From positions 1 through 32,395 of the forward strand of contig LWCA01000322.1 in the NCBI GenBank assembly GCA_001642005.1: a stretch of 32,395 nucleotides of DNA, written 5' to 3'. The position numbers were made by a program, and so were the translations under genes. The stretch comes from Intoshia linei. Lineage: Eukaryota; Animalia; Orthonectida. The stretch's first letter is position 1. Each line of letters starts with the position of its first letter. The notes under the pieces were generated by a model. It made no database searches, was not told where the DNA came from, and saw only the letters and a list, made by a program, of their open reading frames with translations. Positions 12,398 through 22,972 of this stretch are shown piece after piece.

Positions 12398-15300
12398 TTA
12401 ATCACTAATTTTCAAGTCTTTGACATATTTTGATAAAGAATCTTTAACAGCAGTTGCCAATTTATGTATTTGAAAATTACACTTGCTAATGTTGAGGTAT
12501 CCGATGGGTTTAGGGTCTTCTTCGACTAATTCGTGATTAAAATTGAACTTTGATTGAATAGTTAGCCACCTAGTATATCCCGCCAATTTGTTATTACTCA
12601 AATCGCAATATTCCAGTTTCAATGCAAGCGCCATATTAATAAGTTGCATAAAGACATCTGGATTCATCATGCAATAGGACATGTCTATGTGTAGTAATTT
12701 TTTGCACTCAGAAAGGGATTTAGTGAGTTTAGATACCATGTGATCATCTGAAAGATTGTTGGAGGATAGGTTGATTTTAGTTATATTAGTAGAAATATTT
12801 CGCAATAATTGAGAAATGTTTATAAATGTGCTATTTTTTATGTAACAATGCGAGATGTTCAACGATTTGACACTTCTAATGGAATTTGAGTTACGAATAA
12901 GCATTGTAACTAATTTCTTGCATATCACGGTTTCCGATAAGTCAATTTCATTAAGTTTATTTAGTCTATGAAAGGCTTCCACGAGATCATAATACATCAA
13001 TTCGATATCCTTGCATTTGGTTTTGGATAGATTTAGGGTTGTAATAGAACTAAATGGTCGCAAATGATTGGACCATGTCAGAATCGATGTTATAGGATTT
13101 GAAGAAATGTCTAAACATTTCAAATGAGGGAAATTTGCGTTTCGGTTCATCTCTGAATTGTTAACAGAATATGCGTTTATACTGCAATTATTTAATCTCA
13201 AAACTCTCAAATTAGATAAATTGTATAACTGCTCAACGACATGACTAAAGGTCTCACTTAAATTATTCATAGAAAGATCCAGTATTTGTAAATTGGGCAT
13301 GACGTAAAAAAGTTGGGCTAAAATAGGAATAAAGGAGCTATTCATTGGAGTAGTACAACGAATAATGTTAAGAATTTTTAAATTTGGTAAAAATTTGACA
13401 GATGAATAGTCGTAGGTTACTGTATTTTCATAAATGTCTTCTTCTTTTTTAGATAAGGAAGCTATCAATTGTTCATTAGGCACTATCGGTAATTCATCTG
13501 TTTCATCACTTGACGATTCGTCCATTTTAGAAAGTGCGCATTTTCCGCCATTACCGTTTTGAAACACATCCGCATTTTGACAATTTTTTGGTTCTTGTTT
13601 AATGTTCTTTTTAAATGTATCGTAACTCACATTTAAACTAGAAGTTTTAGATTTATCATCACTTTCATGTCCATTAATAAAACTATACGATTTAATGTTA
13701 TCAGACTCTTTATCAGTGGGACTTATCATACCTGTATCACGGGCATAGTCTTTGTTAGATGAAGTTTTCGGTTCAGTCAAACATTCTCTCGTATCCCCGT
13801 TTTTTTCAGATTTTATTTCATCGTGACTAATTGAACTCGATGGTCTATCTTTTTTAGTTGGTTTCGCATAAATGTCATCCGATTCTTCGACAGGTTCAAT
13901 TTTTTCTACCCAAAAAGTACTAGTGCTCAAATTTTTAGTCTTATATTGACTTTCGTCTGTGCCATTGGTGTCACTGTATTTTTTAGTATGATCGTTGAAG
14001 TGGTTATAAATAGTTGGGTCCTTCAATATATTTTGACAATATTGACAGGTATGGTCTAATGTCGAGCTAGTATAATTACAGTAGCCGATACTATTTTTTT
14101 CTGATAAACTAAAATCCGTTAAAATATTTAACAAATTGACCACTTCCGTCGCATTTTCATTGTAAAGATGTATAGTGACGATACTATTTAAATAAAACCC
14201 TCTTCCAATTACAAATGAATATCTCTTAAATACACCTACCTGTTTCCAAAATTCTGACAAGTTGATATACGTTTTGGTAATCTGCGAAGATTTCGCAATT
14301 ACATCATTAGCGTATGGCTCAATGTGAAGATTCAATATACTGCTTTTTAACTGAGCCAACAAAGAATTTGGATTAAACAATTTTCTTGGTTTGCTTTCAT
14401 TTTCTTGAGATGAACTTGAACTGTAGGATGAAGGTATACCGTAAATGTATGCTTCGTTAGAAATTGAAACATTCGACAAATGTTGTAACTTTTTCAATTT
14501 CAATTCACAGTTGAGGAAATTATACATGTCGAAATGATTTAACATGCCATTCGCAGAATCCATTGAAAGTATAGAAAGATACTGTAACACATTTTTAATG
14601 CTTTTGATCGGTATTTCTGAATTCAAATCATATAAATTTATATTCTCGTCACTCATTCTAGAGTTTAAGCAATAATATACATACTTTGCAGCCATACAAT
14701 CTCTATATTCTACAATATTGTAGGTAACAGTGATTAAACCATCGCACACCAGTTTTTTATAAATGGTTTTATTGTGTTCATTAGATAAGTATATATTATA
14801 AAATCCGACAGCACCAATGTCCTGGTGAATATCAGACAAATTCTTTGTCAAAATAAAAGATTTCCGTTGTGAAATAAAATGATTATAAGCCATTTTTAAT
14901 AATTTTATACACGCCGCATCTTCACCACTAAATATGAAGCTGAGTTGTTTATTAACTAAAAAATTAAAAACTGCGTGTTTTTTCATGTAAATTTTATTGA
15001 TGTTTGTAAAATGTTGCAAGATTAAATTGGAAAAAAAGGGAATATTCATACATGGCTTTAAGTAAGAATTGAACAAATTTTGGATAGAATCCCTTTTCTC
15101 GTCCCACACAAATCTACAGCCTTCATGATTTACATTCATTCCAGTCAGTAAAACTTTATAAAGTTGTTCAATGTCCTGTATCGTCAAACAACCATTCAAT
15201 ACAAAAGAATGGTTTAAAAACTTTCCGTAATTCTTAAAAAAGAAATCGTTCTCGTTTACAGTTACCAAAATTGAAGCACGGTGTTTCTTAAATAAAATTT

Positions 15301-18300
15301 TATCCAAAATTGATTCCGGTTCAATAATATTTTCGTTAATATCATCAATTAGTAAAATACAGTTTATAGACAGTAGTGTATCCAACAAATGTGTTTTACA
15401 ACATACTATTCCGTCTGGTAAATTAAATAAATCGTCAAATATTGGGAGATTCACATTATCAGTATTATGCGAATTGCTCCCTCTTTTTCCTTGGTTATAT
15501 TTGGTTGAAATGTAAACAAAAATGTAATTTGATGCCACTTCTTCAGATAAATGCATTTTTTCTAACAGTTTTACTAATTTATCGTAGGATGTAATGTATG
15601 GTGGAGCAGTTCCGTAGGTGCTTTGGGTTTTAGAGCTCATTTTTATTTCATCTGGAATTAATCCAATTACACTTTTGGATATTTGTTCTTTTCCAACTGA
15701 ATTGAAATCAGCGCTTTTTGAAAAATTGTATCCATTTTTATATAATTGTGATGATGCCCATAAACCAGCTATTGATTGCAAGAAAGTGGTTTTACCTACT
15801 CCAGGTTTACCAGATATTGATATTTTTGATGAATTTTTTCTAAAAATATTAATTAATATTAATATTTATGGATAGAAAAAAATGCAAAATCCACCAAATT
15901 TTTAGTTATAATAGTATCAACTAGTGATTGTGATTTCCCGGGAAAAATAAAAAATTTTAGAGACCTTAATTAATTTTATTTGATTACTAGATTGAAATTT
16001 ACAAATTTAATTAGAAAAAAATTGATTTATTTTAGATTGTTGAAAAAGTGTTTCAAAACACATAATATTGATAGATTCGTCTTTTAAACGCGTTCTACAT
16101 TTGTAACGAAATTATAAGCAGTAGAGAAATTTCTTTCATTTTGTATTGACGTAGGTTGAACGGTCATAAGGGCTTCCTTTAATTTTAACAATCTTGATGA
16201 TAGCGTTCCACTTCGTAATAACTCATAATATTTTTGAAAAGAGGATAATTCCCTCAAGCGTTAGTAATTTGTGGTTAGAATAAGAGGTTTTTAAAAAAGT
16301 ATTGGAAAAAAGATATTTCTCCATTAAGGATTAGAAAATTAGATTTTTTATTTGTGGTTTAATGAAGTGGATTTTTTTCATAAGATTTCGTAAAATCGGA
16401 TTTTTGAAAATAATATCGGTGTAAGTCAATTTTTCCATGAGGGCTTGAAATGGTATTTTTGATTCAATTTTATTAGTGGTAGGATTTTTGAAATGGTAAA
16501 TTATAAATATTATAATATAATCATATTTTCATAGTAATAACAAACATAAATCAAATTCAGGTATGTCTCAATTTTTTTCGGGAAATTCCGGGAAATCGTA
16601 AAAATCTCGGGAATTTTGTCTCGGTTTTTTTCCCGGCACAATATCTAGTATCAACTATGGTAATCTAATGAACGAATGTTGAAAATTTTTCATTGATAAA
16701 ATCTTACAGATCGAAACAGTACACTACTAAACCATATTAAAAAGACTAATTTATATTAACCCAATTAACGATTCAACATGTTTTTCACTGCGAATCGGCA
16801 ATTCATCATAATATATTTAACACAATTTAAAAAAATACTCATGTAATATATATAAGAGTCCGAACCGCGAATGAGTAATTGTGTGCTGTTTTTTAGAAAT
16901 ATAAAAAATTCAAAAGAAATGAGTCAATTTTACAACTTTTAAAAACGTTCCCTGTTGGTCCTTGTTTTTAAATTTAAGTTTAATTTTAAACGATTCTGTA
17001 AGTCAGACATTCGTAACTGGGTCTATATGGACCCAGGGGCCCACGGGAGTTTTTCGGGTCCATGAAAAATTATTTAGAGAAGTGAAAAATGATATTTCGG
17101 CAATGATTGATACTAGGCCTGCGGGCCTTAATTTGGCCTTCTCTGTTCTATATCATTTACTTATATAAAATTGAATGTCTGTGTGAGTGTGTTACCGTAT
17201 ATTTAAAAAATTGACAGTTGTAGAATTAAAAAGTCCCAATATCTGGTACAGTGTTACACAGTGTTTGTCAGGGCGTGTTTATATCTATTTTTCAGTTTCC
17301 GTATTTGAGTCCTTCAGGGTCAAAAACTCAATTTTCCCTTTAGTTTAAAAATCCAGGGTAGAATCAGCCCAAAAATTTAATAAAACATAAATTCTGGGAC
17401 GCATTTTAAAATCATTCAAATTGTGGTAAATCTCAGCCTCGGAAACCCACAGCTTAATGGTCAAAACCTAAATTAACCTATGTTTAAAAAATGAAACATG
17501 TCCTAAAATTTTATAAAACATACACTCTAGGATAGTGTTTAAAATTATAAGCATTACAATGAATAGCAACCTCAAAAAAGTGCATTTTCACGACCAAAAC
17601 TCCAGATTGCCCTGTTTTCAAATGTAATGATAAAGTAAATGTAAATTTAATGATTTTCAAACGCGCCCGAGAATATGTGTTTTTTTAATTTTGGGGTTGG
17701 TTTTATTTTAAAAATAAGGTGAAATTGTTGTTTTTACCCTGAGAGACAAAATTTGGGAAAATTAAATTGTAATGCTACATCACTCCTAAAAAACTGTATT
17801 ACCAATTGAGGTTTTTTAAATAAACGGTAACACACACATAAAATTTTATATAAGTAAATGATGTAATATATATTTTTTTTAAATCCACTGTGAAAAAAGC
17901 TTGATAATACCTGCTCTAAGGGAACCCAACTTCTAATTTTTTGGAGTTCTTAAGTCATCACTTAATTTGTAAATATGCTCTGAGGCGAGTAAGGTTTCAT
18001 CGTCAATTAGAAAGGTTGACTAGGATTTATAAAATGTATGAATGTAGACAATGAAAACTAGTAAAAAAGAATATCAATATTGTAATATTTATGTATTGGA
18101 GATACAATCAATAACAATAGGTGAAACAGAAAATTCTATTTAAATTACTTAAAAGAATAACGTTGATACATTTTAATATTATTGGCGATGAATTTCATCA
18201 AATACATATTTATGGTGTGATGCAAGATGGTATTTTTATTACCAAAAACAATTCAACCAATTACGATGACGTATGTTATTATTATATTATGCAAATCATA

Positions 18301-18815
18301 ATTTCCATTTACCAAAATATTTAATATAAAAAAATTAATTTAGTATAAATTCATTGAACCAATAAACAAATTGAGATAATGTCAGACCGAGAACCGTATC
18401 CTCGATGAAAAAAGATACTTAACATTTCAAATATCAAGTGTCTGAATTGTCTGCAATACGCTATATTGATATCAGACTTGAAGGTAGAAAATGTCAAACC
18501 GGCGCAAATTTTATAATATATAATTCTTAGCTCGTGAAATATTTAAAAATATATTTTAACTTTCAATTACCTTTTTTCGTTTAAATTGATACCAAATAAT
18601 TGTTTGATTGAGGCAATAGGTGAACTGTTTTTTTTGTTACTACTACTTAAATTAAATTCCAAGTTATTAATATCAATTTTATAAGTCCACGGAGTAATAA
18701 AAATCGATTCAAACTTTTGAGAATAGTAATTGATCAGATAAGATTCAAATTTTTTTAAGTCCAATATGCCATGCTCGCCCTTACATTTTTCTTGGATATA
18801 TCCTTTCAATTCCAT
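12398..18815 (-). CDS. NACHT-LRR (NLR-like) protein, ~1228 aa; exon 1 18815-18571, exon 2 15839-12398
   Basis: The reading frame extends upstream of the listed TTG to a Walker A motif (ISISGKPGVGKTTF..IA..W). Also present: Walker B-like CILLIDDINE, sensor-1-like SILVTVN, HD1 NIPFF, WHD-like EYRDCMAAKY and many C-terminal LxxLxLSxN repeats. The acceptor at 15841-15840 needs phase 2, and ORF 18567..18815 ends AG|gtaatt (phase 2) and encodes a pre-NACHT-like segment (YLINYY...ITPW...IKQLF). The exon join is inferred. Confidence 0.8.
15922..16647 (-). mobile_element. Non-autonomous hAT element (726 bp) with perfect 8-bp TSD, in the NLR intron
   Basis: TSD GTATCAAC at 15914-15921 and 16648-16655. 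Termini are TAGTGATTGTG...CACAATATCTA with subterminal CGGGAA repeats. An internal minus-strand remnant of the hAT dimerisation domain (LKEALMTVQPTSIQNERNFS...frameshift...RTRLKDESI) lies at ~16050-16260. Confidence 0.88.
17152..17862. repeat. Fold-back element with long imperfect inverted arms
   Basis: TCATTTACTTATATAAAATT...GTGTGTTACCGT at the left is mirrored at 17820-17862. The internal block ~17310-17422 is mirrored at ~17643-17745. A similar terminus occurs again at ~25472-25530. Confidence 0.75.
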
Positions 18816-19163
18816 GTTTGTTTTTAATTAATTGGAGATTACTCTAAATTAATTACAATCAAAAATTGTTGATGATATTCAAGTTAAGACGGCTTAATAA
18901 TAATTTGATTAAATTGAGTATGAGTCGTTAACTACATTGATTATAATTCATATATACCTTTTCAATAATAAAAATCACAATACGTGACAAATACGCTATT
19001 TTACTATATTACAAATGGATCCGACATCTGCTCTATGGCATTAAGAACAAAATAAATTTAAATTTAAATTTAAATTACAAGTGCGCAATATGGTGGCTAC
19101 ATCAAAGTCAAAGTAATAATTTTATAAATATAACCTTGTCATAATTTAAATTAGTGGTTGAGA

Positions 19164-19740
19164 ATGACGAAAAATATATTTTTTACAAAGCGAATAGTGT
19201 TTGCTTATTTATCTTTAATTTTTTTGGCTTTAACCTTAATATATTCTCAAGGAAAATATGTATTCTTGATAAATTATGAGATTTTCAACATTAGAATATT
19301 TTGTTGTTCGCAACAAATCTTTTGCTAATACGTCGAACAAAGTAATATTCAAACAAAATATTTTTATAAATTAGAGTTCGCGTAAAGTATATTTTTAGCA
19401 CTTATAACCTGCTAGATTTCAAAATTTGAAAACTTATGAAAAGCCATTTGAAATAATGTTTAAAAAAATAAGCTTGCGAAAGACTGAAAATTTTGTAATA
19501 TTTGTATATTAGGTTCATAGTAGTTTTAATGATGAGTATGGCTAAAAGTGGACATTTTTACACTGCAATTCGAAAAAGAACATCAGATAAACTGATACAC
19601 TACCGAATAGATCCATGGAGTAGTTTTTATTTCAACATTAATTTAAACACTATTTAGTACATAAATGGGTCGTTTATTGTGAGGATAAAAAGCTCCACTC
19701 CGTTGGCGATGCTATTGTACCAAAGAGATTATTAAAATAA
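19164..19740 (+). CDS. MRPL33: Mitochondrial ribosomal protein L33 (bL33m); start codon uncertain
   Basis: Exons 19295-19341, 19375-19386 (12-nt microexon), 19513-19619 and 19658-19740 give LLFATNLLLIRRTKVRVKFIVVLMMSMAKSGHFYTAIRKRTSDKLIHYRIDPWIHKWVVYCEDKKLHSV.... This fits the bL33m pattern (S...GH...R....KL....DP.......E.KK..S). The only in-frame ATG upstream of the conserved N-terminus is in a putative exon 19164-19259. Confidence 0.82.
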
Positions 19741-19769
19741 TTTGTTTTAACTTTTATTAAATTTACATT

Positions 19770-20820
19770 TCAATCGGAAGGAACCACAGGAATTAGATCT
19801 AAATAAAATTTTTAAATTAAAATAGTATTGTACGTATTCTTAGTAGAAATTAAATAGAAAACTGATGGCAGATAAGATTTGGCCATCGAATGGCCAAATT
19901 AAAAATAACTAAATTTATATACCTTCAAATTTAATCTTTTCGTCGATATTTTGAGATTTAATTAGAGACGATTTATCTGATATAAACATCATATCATCAA
20001 TAAACTCCCATTCTTTCGCTTCTATGATATGAATTACTTCGTCCTCTAAAAATACAAATAATACGTACATTTAAGAACAAACCTTCTAAATCAGGCAAAA
20101 AGGATTTAAATAATGAATATTTTATCGTTTGATAAGTAATACCGACCACATATACAATATCTAAGTTTATATGATTTTGGATAATAAATTAAATACAATT
20201 TATAATAGACTGCTGAAATCCCTTTATTGGTTTTATTTCAGGTTCCAATTTATCTATAACCATCTAAATATAATGAATACACTGTATACTAGTTTTACCC
20301 AAGCTTCAGTAAATCTACATTGATCCAATAACGAATGCAGATCGCAAATATCATTAAACGCTTCAGAAGAAATCTAAAACAAATTACATTTGAAAATCAA
20401 ATACGAACGTTATTTGGGTTAACCAAAGCTGTACAAGCTAAAAAGTCTGATTTTGGTAGATTCATTATGCTTTTAAGCAAAATATTTATTATTGGTTCGC
20501 TATTGCTGTACAAACATGGGTCAAATTGGTACCTAAATTTGATATTTAAAATTTTTATAGCGTTACAATTTTAGTAAAGCCAAATTGGCATCCAAATAAT
20601 ATTTTTCTTTCTTAATTTGATAATCTACACAAGCTTTTAACATTGCGCAATTGTCAGGATTTGTTCTAATTTTTTTATATTTAAAAATTTAAATTTTGCA
20701 CCTCTGATAGCCACGTAATTTGGTTTCAATTATAGAGAAGTACTTCTCTGAAGTCGGCAAATTTATTTCATCTTCAGATAATAATACACCTTCATCGTCA
20801 GAATTTCCAATTGGGAACAT
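19770..20820 (-). CDS. EIF3K: Eukaryotic translation initiation factor 3 subunit K, 8 exons
   Basis: Spliced product ...LRGYQR|TNPDN...YYLDANLALLKL|YQFDP...ILLKSIMNLPKSDFLAC...LLDQCRFTEAW...GFQQSI..YIVYVVGITYQTI...IKSQNIDEKIKFED|LIPVVPSD*. This is colinear with eIF3k. Confidence 0.93.
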
Positions 20821-21082
20821 GTTTCTATAAATAAATTTGAAATTAAGTTAAATAGTTGCTAAGTAAAAAGATGAATTATTTGGAATCGAAAATTTGAATA
20901 CTTTTAATTTGAAAATATATTTTTTGCCAAGGAATCTTTGGTCGTATCAGTTAAATAATCTGTAAAGTTGTGAAATTATCAATTTTGATGCCAAGTTTGT
21001 GTTTATTACTTTTAAAAATTTTATTTCAATACTAAATGTGTGCGATCTAAAAAATACCTTATCTATTATTCGATTGTGTTGT

Positions 21083-21260
21083 TTATTGGAGAGGGTTAAA
21101 TGGTTTATCTTGGGACATTCTGTAATTCTCAGAATATTGCATTAATCTCGTTGGAACTAAAGATAAATGGTAATGGATTTTAAACATATACGTAACAATT
21201 GGTCAAAAAACATACTAAACGACGCAAATAAAAGCGACAGTGTCAATTGGACACCTATCC
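21083..21260 (-). CDS. Possible last two exons of a small membrane protein of unknown identity
   Basis: Exons 21260-21192 and 21156-21083 are joined by a 35-bp GT-AG intron and give (G)IGVQLTLSLLFASFSMFFDQLLLPTRLMQYSENYRMSQDKPFNPLQ*. Candidate upstream exons at ~21490-21610 do not join in phase. Confidence 0.35.
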
Positions 21261-21278
21261 CTAGTTAAAACAAAAATT

Positions 21279-21416
21279 ATCAACCTTTTTCACTCAGTAG
21301 AGCCAAAAAATTTTTATTTCTCATGGATCTTACTACGATAAACGAACTAACATGTTTATAAATTAAAACATTTATCGCTACCAGAATTTTAGGGGTGCGA
21401 CGGTTGAGAATCACTG
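21279..21416. mobile_element. Small hAT/Charlie-like MITE remnant
   Basis: Right end GGTTGAGAATCACTG (reverse complement CAGTGATTCTCAACC); truncated left end ATCAACCTTTTT; flanks CAAAAATT and CAATAATT (7/8 match). Confidence 0.5.
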
Positions 21417-22321
21417 CAATAATTAAAATAAACATAAATATTATAAATTAAAAAAAATATATAATTTCAGGACCAAAACCACAAATTACCATTTTTTTAA
21501 ATGAAAACAGCCGTACATATAAAAAAATTACAGGTAGTACAGTTGTATACTGTTAACACACACAAAAAATTTCAATTCGAATAAGTGACGACTTCACGGT
21601 CAAAAGCATTTTAGTATTTGTATATATTTTTTTCCGAAATATAAATTTAAAAAAGAGATTATTCTAATATAGCTTATTCCAGTTGATATAAATGCAAAAT
21701 TTTAACCTCAGAAATGTACGCATTGCCGGTGAAAAATAATTTTTAATATATTTTCAACCATTATTTTTCAAATATTTCGATTTAAAATGTAAATATTCAT
21801 TCTACAATTTCAAAAAAAATGTCCATTGAACGTCTACACATTTCCAATAAATAAATATCGGTGAAAATCTATATACAGTGCTATCGCGCTTTTTAGAAAT
21901 GTATAACAATTTTCATAGCAATTCAAGTTAAATATTATTTATTATATTCAATAACATACTATAAAAGTTTTATTAAAACGTGTCCCGCTAAGTTAAATTA
22001 AGTTAAATAGGCTTGGCAAAGGGTGAAAACTGAATTATTGTAATAATTGTACTGATTAATGTAAAGCAAAGATTTTTTAATTACAACAACAAATAAAGTA
22101 ATACAACTTTGTTATTATCATCTTTATATTTATTACAATCCTTTGCAATATTGGTAAAATTCGTCTGAAATTTGTTTATAAAGTGCTGATTCCATTAATT
22201 ATTAATACATAATTGGTATTTTTAAATATTCATTAAATTGGCACCGAATATATATTATCACATTCAAAATGACAAAATAAGTTTTTATAATTTTATTTTT
22301 TCTAGAATATATACATTAGGG

Positions 22322-22972
22322 GAGTGATGAAAGCCAACTAAAACTAGGTGTGTTAAATTTAATACTATTTTCAGAAATTTTTTTCTAGTGTGTTTTTATT
22401 AAAAAAATAATTTTTACATTTAATTAGATTTAAAAAATTGAGCTGCAAGTTTTTCAANATACTATTTTTAGAAATTTTTTTCTAGTGTTTTAAAAAAATA
22501 TTAGGTCAATCAAAACGAACAACTTGATGGAAAATGAGTTAAAAAAATAATTTTTACATTTAATTAGATTTAAAAAATTGAGCTGCAAGTTTTTCAATGG
22601 GAGGTTCATAACTTGTTCATTTTAACGCTACACAAGCCAAACTAGTTTCATCGTGAAGTCTGTTTCTATTATGACTTTTGACATTATTCAATGTGGAAAA
22701 TAACGATTCACAAGAATATGTAGATAAAAATATAGTTAATATAGCTTTAGCTAGACATTTCAGACTATTAATTGTTTCAGGCATAGAATTCCAAACTTCT
22801 AATAACATATTCGATTGGTCAAAGTAGATAACATCTAAAAATGATTTTGTAAGTCTATTTCGTTCTGTTATTTCAATTTCTAATCTCACTTATTTTAGTA
22901 ATATTTTTTCAAGTGTGTAAAAAAAGTCAATTGTGTATTTTTTACACGCAAACACGTACTTTGCCATCACTG
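22322..22972 (-). mobile_element. Non-autonomous hAT (Charlie/GTF2IRD2-like) element with transposase C-terminal remnant
   Basis: ORF 22617..22889 has the hAT dimerisation motif (WNSMP...LKCLAKAILTIFLSTYSCESLFSTLNNVKSHNRNRL.DE). Termini are GAGTGATGAAA...TTGCCATCACTG, with 8-bp flanks CATTAGGG and CATTAGAG. Confidence 0.85.
22362..22597. repeat. Near-duplicate sequence either side of the single N (22458); probable scaffold-join artefact
   Basis: 22362-22457 is repeated at 22459-22597 with an indel, and the two copies abut the N exactly. Confidence 0.7.

Noticed and set aside
16700-16812. Alternative tiny first exons for the NLR gene
   Set aside because: They can be forced into phase but encode nothing recognisable; the exon at 18815-18571 fits NACHT context much better.
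17960-18324. Plus-strand ORF 18121..18324 and flanks as a nested gene or LTR gag-protease relic
   Set aside because: Multiple stops, no intact CCHC or DTG motif, and no consistent splice model.
18350-18530. Alternative NLR exon (IIYYKICAGLTFSTF...) joinable in phase to exon 1, faintly like a dead Walker A region
   Set aside because: It runs into stops, has no GK[ST], and the resemblance is within chance.
22362-22597. Apparent tandem duplication inside the hAT element
   Set aside because: The copies abut the single N exactly, which is typical of an unmerged contig or haplotype overlap.
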